From: Chitinophagales bacterium
GTDB taxonomy: Bacteria > Bacteroidota > Bacteroidia > Chitinophagales > BACL12
Direction: 5' to 3'
NCBI GenBank assembly: GCA_041751015.1
Contig: JBGSYF010000022.1
Span: 48,156 to 112,155 of the forward strand
Length of the DNA: 64,000 nt
Shown here: positions 36,588 through 45,300 of the stretch, in pieces
How positions within the stretch are numbered: position 1 is the stretch's first letter
How the letters are laid out: each line of letters begins with the position of its first letter
Translations under genes and position numbers: made by a program
Notes under the pieces: model-generated
What the model was told of the DNA's origin: nothing
The model's database searches: none
Seen by the model: only the letters and a program-made list of their open reading frames with translations

Positions 36588-39386
36588 ATGTTTAGGCTTG
36601 CTGCGGGTATGAATCTCTCCACCTCATTCAACAGGCTGCCCTCCTTGTGGCCCAGGTTCGCCGGAATCCTGTTCCAGCGCCCCTTCGCCCTGCTTTTTGG
36701 GCTCCTGCTTTACAGCGCTGCGGCCCAGGCCACGCACAACCGGGCCGGTGAGATTTGCTACCGTTATATAAGTGGCACTACTTATGAATTTACGGTCATT
36801 ACCTACACCTTTCCGGCCTCTCCGGCTGACCGCGATTCGCTGACGGTGGTCTTTGATTCCCGCGACCCCCTGGGCACGACCAAGCGAATCGGCCGATCTC
36901 TTCAGACCATTCTGGTGCCCGGATTGATCAAGCGCAACGAGTACACCACCACCTATACCTTTCCCGGCCCGGACATCTATGTGATTTATATGGAAGATCC
37001 CAATAGGGTAGAGGGGGTGTGCAACATTGACGGTTCGGTCAACGTGCAGTTTTATCTCGAAGACACCCTGAATCTGGTCAATCCGGTGCTGTTTGGTTTC
37101 AACAGCAGCCCCATGTTGCTCTATCCGCCTATTGACTATGCCCAGGTTGGCGAGATCTTCATTCACAACCCCAACGCTTTTGACCCCGACGGGGACAGCC
37201 TGCACTACAGCCTCATTCCGCCCAAACAGGCTCCTGGAATTGATGTGCCAGGATACGCCTATCCCCATGTCTTTGACGCCTGCGGTTCAAGCCTGGAGAT
37301 CAATCCGAGAACCGGTGAACTGATCTGGGATGTGCCCTGCCAGGAGTGTATTTACAATGTTGCTATACTTATACGAGAATTTCGCGGGGGTCAGTGGCTG
37401 GGCTCCAAGATCCGGGATCTGCAAATCTTTGTCGAGAACACCAGCAATCAACCTCCGGAGATTAGTAATATAGAAGATACTTGTATTGTAGCGGGCGAAT
37501 TGCTGACCCGGCTCGTCACGGCAACAGATCCGAATGGAGATGACATCACCCTTTCGGCCACCGGTGGGCCTTTCGCTGTTCCCAGTAGTCCGGCGGTCTT
37601 TGACGAGATCAGCGGCAGTGGATTTGCCTCTCAGGTGTTTAGCTGGCAGACCAATTGCACGCATGTGCGGCGCAATTTCTATCAGGTGGTTTTCAGAGCG
37701 AGCGATGATTTCTCTCTGGGTCCCTTGTCCATTCCCCTGACCGATCTGGAGAGCTGGCTGATCACGGTGGTGGCCCCTCCGCCCACTGGCCTGACCGCGA
37801 CACCGATCGGCAATCGGGTGGAATTGAACTGGGACAGCCTGTACACCTGTTTTGATGTGCCCAATTTCAGGGGTTTCTCCATCTGGCGTAAGCTAGGCTG
37901 TGATTCGACCTTTGATTTTGAGAGTTGCCAGCGCGGTCTGGAGGGAACCGAGTATGTACAGATTGGATTTGAACCTACAGTGCATAGTTTTACCGACTTT
38001 GAGGTGACCAGGGGACCGGTTTACTCCTATCGGGTCGTGGCTGAATTTGCCGAGTCTCCGCCCGGCAGCCCGGCTGTCTTCAATCAGGTGGGAAGCAGGC
38101 CTTCGGATGCCGCCTGCGTTGAGCTTCGGCGAGATTTGCCGGTCATGACCCATGCCAGCGTCGAGGTCACCGATGTGCTCAACGGCGAGGTCTTTGTGGC
38201 CTGGGTTCCTCCTCTGGCTGAGGATCTGGATACCCTGGCCAATCCGGGGCCCTATCGCTTTGAGTTGATACGCAGTCCGGGTTTTGTGATCAGCGATCCC
38301 GAGGTGATCCTGGATTTTGGCTCTGAGAATTTCTCAGATTTCGGCGACACCAGTTATCTGGACATGGGCGTCAATACTGTAGATGGCCCTCTGGTTTACG
38401 ATGTGCGTTTCTACGCCAGCGATGTATTGGGCAATGAAGTCTTTATCGGAGAGGCGGCTTCGGCTTCCACGGTTTTTCTCAGCATAGGATTTGCCGACGA
38501 TGCCCTGAATCTGAGCTGGGATTTCCAGGTTCCCTGGTTCAATTGGCTGTATGAGATCTACCGCGAAGAGCCCACCGGATCCGGAAACTTCGTTTTCCTG
38601 GACAGCACGGAGGAGAGGTTTTACACCGATATCAATCTTCAAAACGGAGAGGAGTATTGTTACTACATCCGTGCCCTGGGCACTTATGGTTCCCCGCTTC
38701 TGCCCGACAGTCTGATCAATCTGAGTCAGCGGGTTTGCGCTATACCGCAGGACACTGTAGCTCCATGTCCTCCCGATTTGACGGTGCAGAACATCTGTTC
38801 CAGACCCGGTCAGCTTTTCGATCCGGACAACCTGAGCAACGATCTGAACTGGAACAATCCCAACTTCAGTTGTGCGGATGATGTGCTGTTTTACACCATC
38901 TATTTCGCAGCTTCCGGGCAGGACTTTGTGGTGTTAGCAACCAACGACAATGCACTGGACACGGTCTTTATCCACGACAATCTGCAGACGCTGACCGGCT
39001 GCTATGCGGTCACAGCAACCGACTCGGTGGGCAATGAGAGCCAGTTCAGCAACATCGTTTGCGTGGAGAACTGCCCGCGCTATGAGCTGCCCAATGTATT
39101 CACGCCCAATGGTGACGGGGCGAATGACCTGTTTACGCCCTTCCTGCCTTTCCGCTTCATTGAGAGCATTGACATCAAGATATTCAACCGCTGGGGCAAT
39201 CTGGTTTACGAAACCAACGACCCTTCCATCAATTGGGATGGCACCCATATGAGTTCAGGCGAACCGCTGAGCGAAGGGGTTTACTACTATACCTGCGTGG
39301 TGGTAGAGATCCTCGAAGACGGCAGTCAGGCCAGACCCCAACCCCTGGAAGGATTCATTCACCTGATCCGCGGCACAACCCGTTGA
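36588..39386 (+). CDS. large secreted protein with T9SS type B (gliding-motility-associated, CHU_C-type) C-terminal sorting domain
   Basis: C-terminus YELPNVFTPNGDGANDLFTPF...IKIFNRWGNLVYE...WDG...LSEGVYYY. Signal-like LLFGLLLYSAAAQA. Starting at ATG 36588 rather than the track's 36483 removes a non-signal leader. Confidence 0.8.
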   Translation: MFRLAAGMNLSTSFNRLPSLWPRFAGILFQRPFALLFGLLLYSAAAQATHNRAGEICYRYISGTTYEFTVITYTFPASPADRDSLTVVFDSRDPLGTTKRIGRSLQTILVPGLIKRNEYTTTYTFPGPDIYVIYMEDPNRVEGVCNIDGSVNVQFYLEDTLNLVNPVLFGFNSSPMLLYPPIDYAQVGEIFIHNPNAFDPDGDSLHYSLIPPKQAPGIDVPGYAYPHVFDACGSSLEINPRTGELIWDVPCQECIYNVAILIREFRGGQWLGSKIRDLQIFVENTSNQPPEISNIEDTCIVAGELLTRLVTATDPNGDDITLSATGGPFAVPSSPAVFDEISGSGFASQVFSWQTNCTHVRRNFYQVVFRASDDFSLGPLSIPLTDLESWLITVVAPPPTGLTATPIGNRVELNWDSLYTCFDVPNFRGFSIWRKLGCDSTFDFESCQRGLEGTEYVQIGFEPTVHSFTDFEVTRGPVYSYRVVAEFAESPPGSPAVFNQVGSRPSDAACVELRRDLPVMTHASVEVTDVLNGEVFVAWVPPLAEDLDTLANPGPYRFELIRSPGFVISDPEVILDFGSENFSDFGDTSYLDMGVNTVDGPLVYDVRFYASDVLGNEVFIGEAASASTVFLSIGFADDALNLSWDFQVPWFNWLYEIYREEPTGSGNFVFLDSTEERFYTDINLQNGEEYCYYIRALGTYGSPLLPDSLINLSQRVCAIPQDTVAPCPPDLTVQNICSRPGQLFDPDNLSNDLNWNNPNFSCADDVLFYTIYFAASGQDFVVLATNDNALDTVFIHDNLQTLTGCYAVTATDSVGNESQFSNIVCVENCPRYELPNVFTPNGDGANDLFTPFLPFRFIESIDIKIFNRWGNLVYETNDPSINWDGTHMSSGEPLSEGVYYYTCVVVEILEDGSQARPQPLEGFIHLIRGTTR

Positions 39387-39398
39387 GATTGAGCACCT

Positions 39399-39995
39399 AT
39401 GTTCACCGGAATCATTGAATCTCTGGGCGAATTGGTTCGCGCCGAAACCGACCAGCAGAACCTGCACCTGACCGTTCGCTCCGATCTGGCCAGCCATCTG
39501 AAGATCGATCAAAGCCTTTCCCACAACGGCGTTTGCCTCACCGTAGTTAAAGTTGAGGGCGACTCCCATACCGTCACCGCCGTTCACGAGACCCTTCAAC
39601 GCTCCGCAATCGGCAAGCTCGAACCCGGCGATGTCATCAACCTGGAGCGCGCCATGCAGTTTGGCGCTAGACTCGATGGCCACCTCGTCCAGGGCCACGT
39701 TGACAGCACCGCAGTAGTCACCGAAGTCCACGAACAAGGCGGAAGCTGGGAGTTCCGCTTCCACTATCGCCCCGATGGCATCAACGTCCTGGTCCCCAAA
39801 GGCTCCATCTGCGTGGACGGTGTCAGCCTCACCCTTATCGAAGCCGGCCCTTCCGACTTCAGCGTGGCCATCATTCCCTACACCTATGCGCACACCCGCT
39901 TCAAGACCTACAACCCAGGCGATTCAGTCAACATCGAGTTTGACCTGATTGGCAAGTACGTCCAAAGATTGGTGCAGGGGTATCGGGGGGATTGA
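39399..39995 (+). CDS. ribE: riboflavin synthase
   Basis: MFTGIIESLGELV ... SLSHNGVCLTV ... and the second lumazine-binding repeat SICVDGVSLTL. Confidence 0.92.
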   Translation: MFTGIIESLGELVRAETDQQNLHLTVRSDLASHLKIDQSLSHNGVCLTVVKVEGDSHTVTAVHETLQRSAIGKLEPGDVINLERAMQFGARLDGHLVQGHVDSTAVVTEVHEQGGSWEFRFHYRPDGINVLVPKGSICVDGVSLTLIEAGPSDFSVAIIPYTYAHTRFKTYNPGDSVNIEFDLIGKYVQRLVQGYRGD

Positions 39996-40052
39996 GGGGC
40001 AATAGCTCAGTGGCGTATGGCATAAAAACTGACTTTATCATAGTAAAATAAA

Positions 40053-40910
40053 ATGGATTTAAAAGACATACAGAAATACATTGACCGCGCGATGAACGAG
40101 CAGAACAATCGGTCAATCCCTGAATTCGAAGGATACTCCCCGAATGATATGCACCATATATTGCATTTCACTTTCGAGAAAGACAGTCCGATTCAATTGC
40201 AAAGACTATCTGAATCTGATTACCAAAAGATTCCAATTCTTAGCCAGATTAGGTATTTAACAGACTTGCTTGAAAAAAATGGAGAGATAAAACTAACAAA
40301 CAAGGGATTTTTGCCAACCAAGATTGTTTCAGATATTTATGATCAAGGATTTATAAAGGCGGAGCATATTGAAAATGGGATTTCAAAACTGTACAAAGAG
40401 ACCGATTCATTGGCTATCAACTTAACAAGGATTCTGATTGAACTTAGTGGATTGGTAAAAAAGAGAAACGGCAAATTAAGTTTAACAAAAAACTCAAAAA
40501 AAATTCTTGAAGATAACTACGAGTTTTTACGGCTGATGTTCTTGACTTTTACCTCAAAATTCAATTGGTCTTATTATGATAGATATAGTGAAAACCTTAT
40601 AGGACAACTTGGATATGGATTTTCATTGATTCTATTATCAAAATATGGACAGGAAAGTAGACTAGATTCTTTTTACGCTGAGAAGTATTTTAAAGCATTT
40701 CCACAATTATTGGATTCAGTTAAGCCAGTATACGGTACACTGGAAATGTATTCATCAAATTGTTATTCAGTTCGAACATTTGACAGGTTTTTGAATTTTT
40801 TTGGATTGGTCAATATAAACGAGCAAAATAAAGGATATGAATCGAAAAAGTACATAGAAAAGACCTATTTATATGATAAATTAATAAAATGTACTCCACA
40901 CAATATGTAA
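40053..40910 (+). CDS. hypothetical protein (strongly AT-rich, foreign-looking)
   Basis: 285-aa ORF. A sampled line is about 35% G+C versus about 62% in ribE. No catalytic motif recognised. Confidence 0.6.
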   Translation: MDLKDIQKYIDRAMNEQNNRSIPEFEGYSPNDMHHILHFTFEKDSPIQLQRLSESDYQKIPILSQIRYLTDLLEKNGEIKLTNKGFLPTKIVSDIYDQGFIKAEHIENGISKLYKETDSLAINLTRILIELSGLVKKRNGKLSLTKNSKKILEDNYEFLRLMFLTFTSKFNWSYYDRYSENLIGQLGYGFSLILLSKYGQESRLDSFYAEKYFKAFPQLLDSVKPVYGTLEMYSSNCYSVRTFDRFLNFFGLVNINEQNKGYESKKYIEKTYLYDKLIKCTPHNM

Positions 40911-41118
40911 TATGGCAAGCCTCGGATTTTAGTGGATACTATCTCAGGAAGTGTGTCGGCAGCCTCGCGTATGCTTCGTTAGCGTAATCATACACCGTAA
41001 TCGTTAACTACCAATACATCACAATCTCCGTTTTGCTATCATGCTTCTTAGAGAATCAATCGTTTAGTTACTCATTTTCAAGCACTTTAGCTAGGACTGA
41101 ACCGTGAAAAAGTCTATT

Positions 41119-41142
41119 ATTTACCGCATATTTGCGGTAAAT
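41119..41142 (+). promoter_or_regulatory. perfect 10-bp inverted repeat upstream of the second fic gene (operator or terminator hairpin)
   Basis: ATTTACCGCA-TATT-TGCGGTAAAT. A third half-site ATACCGCA lies at 41154-41161. The fic ATG is at 41176. Confidence 0.45.
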
Positions 41143-41175
41143 GTTCTTAGTTAATACCGCATTGAGATTTGGATC

Positions 41176-42282
41176 ATGTTAAAGTACATATACGAACACA
41201 CGAACTGGACAGATTTTACCTGGCAGGACAAAGCCATAAATGTCATATTTGGTCAGGTCCGGCTCATTCAAGGGAAGATCATTGGGCAAATGAATGCTCT
41301 TGGCTTTTCTGCAAAAGAAGAAGCTACCCTGACCGCTTTGACATTGGATGTAGTAAAATCATCTGAGATCGAAGGTGAGTTGCTCAGTTATGACCAGGTT
41401 CGTTCATCTATTGCGCGGCGTTTGGGTTTTAATACTGCCGGACTTGTGCCCAGCAGTCGCCACATTGAAGGTGTAGTAGAAATGATGCTGGATGCCACCC
41501 AAGGGTATGCATTGCCTTTGACTAAAGAACGTTTGTTTGGTTGGCATGCCGCTCTTTTCCCAACCGGATTCAGTGGACCTTACAAAGTTGAGGTGGGGAG
41601 ATACCGAACCGGCGAGATGCAGGTGGTTTCGGGCGCATTGGGCAAAGAGAAAGTGCATTACAAAGCTATTGGACCCATGCTGGTAGATAAGGAAATGGAC
41701 AGGTTTTTGGATTGGTTCAACACCGAGAACCACATTGATCCTGTCTTAAAAGCTGCAATAGCTCACTTTTGGTTTATCATCATTCACCCATTTGACGACG
41801 GTAATGGGAGAATTGGAAGGGCCTTGACGGATATGTTGCTGGCGCGTGCTGAAGGGAGCGGAGAGCGCTTTTATAGTATGTCGGGACAAATTTTAATTGA
41901 ACGCAAGCGGTACTATGAAACATTACAAAGGGTACAACATTATGCTTATGACATAACCGAATGGATTGATTGGTTCTTGCATTGCCTTAAAAAAGCTATG
42001 CTGGCCACAGAGGATACCACTCAAAGAATATTGCGCATAGCGGAGTTTTGGAAATTGCACGAAAACACCCCCATCAACGAGCGTCAGCGATTAGTACTCA
42101 ATAAACTTTTGGACCACTTTGAAGGAAAGCTACAGACGTCAAAATGGGCTAAACTGACCAAAACATCCACCGACACTGCTTTGAGAGATATTAAAGACTT
42201 GATAGAAAAGGGCATATTACAACAGACAGAAGCAGGGGGGCGCAGTGCAAACTATGAGCTAGTAGACTTTAAACTGGAATAG
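41176..42282 (+). CDS. Fic family protein with N-terminal DUF4172-type domain
   Basis: Fic motif HPFDDGNGRIGRAL. N-terminus MLKYIYEHTNWTDFTWQDKAI (DUF4172-like). Inhibitory motif S-x-x-x-E-G in VKSSEIEGELL. Confidence 0.88.
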   Translation: MLKYIYEHTNWTDFTWQDKAINVIFGQVRLIQGKIIGQMNALGFSAKEEATLTALTLDVVKSSEIEGELLSYDQVRSSIARRLGFNTAGLVPSSRHIEGVVEMMLDATQGYALPLTKERLFGWHAALFPTGFSGPYKVEVGRYRTGEMQVVSGALGKEKVHYKAIGPMLVDKEMDRFLDWFNTENHIDPVLKAAIAHFWFIIIHPFDDGNGRIGRALTDMLLARAEGSGERFYSMSGQILIERKRYYETLQRVQHYAYDITEWIDWFLHCLKKAMLATEDTTQRILRIAEFWKLHENTPINERQRLVLNKLLDHFEGKLQTSKWAKLTKTSTDTALRDIKDLIEKGILQQTEAGGRSANYELVDFKLE

Positions 42283-42300
42283 TCCCCTCTGCAAACAAGC

Positions 42301-45300
42301 TCAGCGCGCCAGATACATCTTGCCAAATCCACTTTCGAACCAGCGATCGGCTTTGGTGTCGTAGTGGTCCATGCGCTGATTGTTCAGGCGGGCAACGACG
42401 CGGTAGAGGTAGAGACCATTGCCTACGGCGTCGCCAAACTGGTCGGTGCCATCCCAGGTGTACTCGGTTTTGTTGAGCCCGATGCGAATCACGCCGAGCT
42501 CGCTGCGCTGAATCTCGCGGATGATGCGGCCGCTGACGGTCATGATCTGGATCTTGAAATACTCCGGTAACTCTGAGCCCGTCAGGGTAAAGACAAAGTG
42601 GGTGCGGGTCGTGAAGGGATTCGGATAGTTGAGCACATTGGAAATCATGGGTTTGTTGATCACCTCAAAACTCACGCGGTAGTCCAGTTCGCCGGCTTTG
42701 TTTTCGCTGGCGTCCTTTCCGCTGACTACAAGGCTGTAGAGGCCGTCCTGCTCCAGTTCGGGGCGCAGTTCTACTTCGGCGCGGTTGCCTGAGCTCAGAC
42801 TGCCGCTCTGGGCCGGAATGAAGCGAAGGATGGGGTTGTTGTAATGAATGCGCTGGGTCTGCCCGTCTGGATAGACCAGCGTCAGGCTAATATGAGTGGT
42901 GTCATCTAGGGCCAAAATTGGGTTGTCGTCGCTGAGTCGAATGAGGATATCCGGCTTGGCCGAGACCAGATCGCCGTCCATGATGGCTGCCCCGTCAAAA
43001 GTCACGTCCAGCCAGGGGTTGACTTTGTCGGCTTCCACAAAGATGGGGATCAGCCCGACGTTGTTGAAGCGGTATTGTTCGGGTTGGTCATCGTCCGGAT
43101 TGACGTCTACGACGATGAAGTTGCGCCCCGCCGGATAGTCCCGGGTGTCAAACTGAATCTTGTGAATCTGTCGCTCTCCGTTGCGCAGAGAATCGCGGCG
43201 TTCATAGGGAATGGGGTATCGCACATTGTTCTGATCCAGCAACTCAAAGTTGACCAGGAGGCTGTCCATGTCCCAGATGCTGATGTTGTCCGAAGCAATC
43301 TCCAATTCCAGGGATTGGCCCTGAACCAGGGTATCCAGATTGAGCACAAAATGCCCGTTGGGATTCAGGGCAGCTTCGGGCACCGGTTGGTAGATCACTC
43401 TCCAGTAGCCAAGCTGTGTTGGCGTGCGCAATGAATCATCGCGCGCATTCATCTGCAGCCGTATGTGGGGCCACATCTCTGCATTGATCCAGCTCAGTAT
43501 GGTATCGCCCTTCACGGAGGGGGCCAGAACACTTTCAACGCCTCCGGCACCCACTCCGATGATGCTCACACTCTGCTCATCCACATCAATGGGATCGGCG
43601 CTTTGGCTGTTCCACAGCAACTGCCCCCAACTCGAAGCCTGTCCAATTGGCGGAGTGCTGTACAGCCCTTCGACCCAGAAACCGGGAATGTTGAAGCTGG
43701 CCGTGATCAGCTCGGTACTGGTGGCTCCAAAGACTTCCTCAGCGTCTTCCGGGAAACCCTTTCGCCCGAAAAAGCAATAGGGCGGGCGGTAGGAGAGGGT
43801 ATCAAAACCCGTGATGGCCGAGGCGCCGTAGTATTGAAAGGCATCGATCAGGCTCAGACTGTCTGTGCCCCAGAGGTATTTCTCGCTGCTTAGCACCGCG
43901 TAGTTGGGTTCAACCGTAGTGGTGTAGGCCCCAACATAGAAACCATGTGGAATGGTATCCATCAGCAGTCGGAACAACGCTTCGCGTTCCGCGGGCAGGT
44001 TGGTTCGATACTGAATGAAGCCCTGACTGGGTTCGGAAGAGCAGTAGTAGTCGCCGTAGGGGCCTACAGCGCCTCCGGTATTGTAGGAATTCCAGGCGAT
44101 GCCGTTGGCCGGATTGAACACAAAGACCACAAAGCCTTCATTGGCGCAGGAGCCAAAGGCCTGTTGGTTGTTGTCTAAGTAGGAGACCACCTGGTACCAG
44201 AACACGCCGCCGGTTTGAAAATCGAGAACCCGCACATCATTGACAAAGCGAAACACGCGGTCGGGGTCAAGGCGAATGTTGGAATAGCGGTTGAGCTGGT
44301 ATTGGTAATAGTGACTCTGGTTCCAACCCGGTGAATAATCAGGTATATAAATAAAACTGTGTTGTCTCCAGTTCAGATTGTTGCCGTAGATCGAGTCCAG
44401 ACTGACGCGCCAGTAGTACACGCTTGAATCCATCCAGAGAACCGGGGGATTGAGCCATTGCAGGACTCCACCGCTCTCCGTGATGCGATGCTCCTGTTTG
44501 AGCGGGCTGTTGTACAGAATGCTGGTGTCAATCTGCATGATGTACTGCCGTTCCGGCGCAAACACGTCGGATGTAGAGGCTTTCAGCGCATCAACAGGCC
44601 CATTGACGATAGCAAAGTCGTAGGGCCAGATCGGGATAGCATCGTCGGAGATTACCAGCAGGGGCAGGCCCAGAATATTGTTCATCTCATCCAGCTCTTC
44701 CACCTCATTCTGAGCGTCCACGCGGATCTCGAGCTGGTTGAGACCCGCTCCCTTGATGGCATTGGTAGCCAGGCGGAACACCACGGTGTCCTTGTAAACA
44801 CTGGCCTTGACGCGCTGAATGAACTCCTGACTGCTGCCGTCGGCGAAGGTGCGGCGCAGGGTGACAAAGTAAGCGGTGTCTCGCGCAAGGCCTAGGTTGA
44901 AGACCTGAATGGCCACGTCAAAGCTGTCGCTGGCCAGGGTCACCCGTTCGGGCAGGAAATTGACATAAGGCGCCTCAATGGCGTAGTCCGGTTTGCGGTG
45001 ATTGTTGAGGGTTATGCTCGGGTCACCATGCATGGTGGTATGTTCCATGGCCAGACGGGTAACCCCTCCGGCGCTGCCTTCCAATTCAGCTATACTCTGG
45101 CGAATGGCTCCGGCAAAAGGCAAGGCGTAGTCTTCATCGGCCATGCGCCGGTAGAGCACCCGGGCAAAGGCGTGCAATCCCGTGGCAAAGGAAAAGGTGG
45201 ATGCGGCGATGAAGGCAATGGTTCCCTTGTCGGGGGCCAGCACATAGATCTCGCTCAGGCTGGTAGCGCTCTGATGCATCTCGCCGGTGACGCAACCATT

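Noticed and set aside
39996-40023. GGGGCAATAGCTCAGTGGCGTATGGCAT directly after the ribE stop resembles a tRNA 5' acceptor/D-arm (TAGCTCAGTGG)
   Set aside because: No D-stem closure (GAGC), anticodon arm or GGTTCGAAT T-arm follows, so it is not a tRNA. It may be a relic marking the left edge of the AT-rich islet, but integrative elements normally duplicate tRNA 3' ends, not 5' ends, so I do not rely on it.
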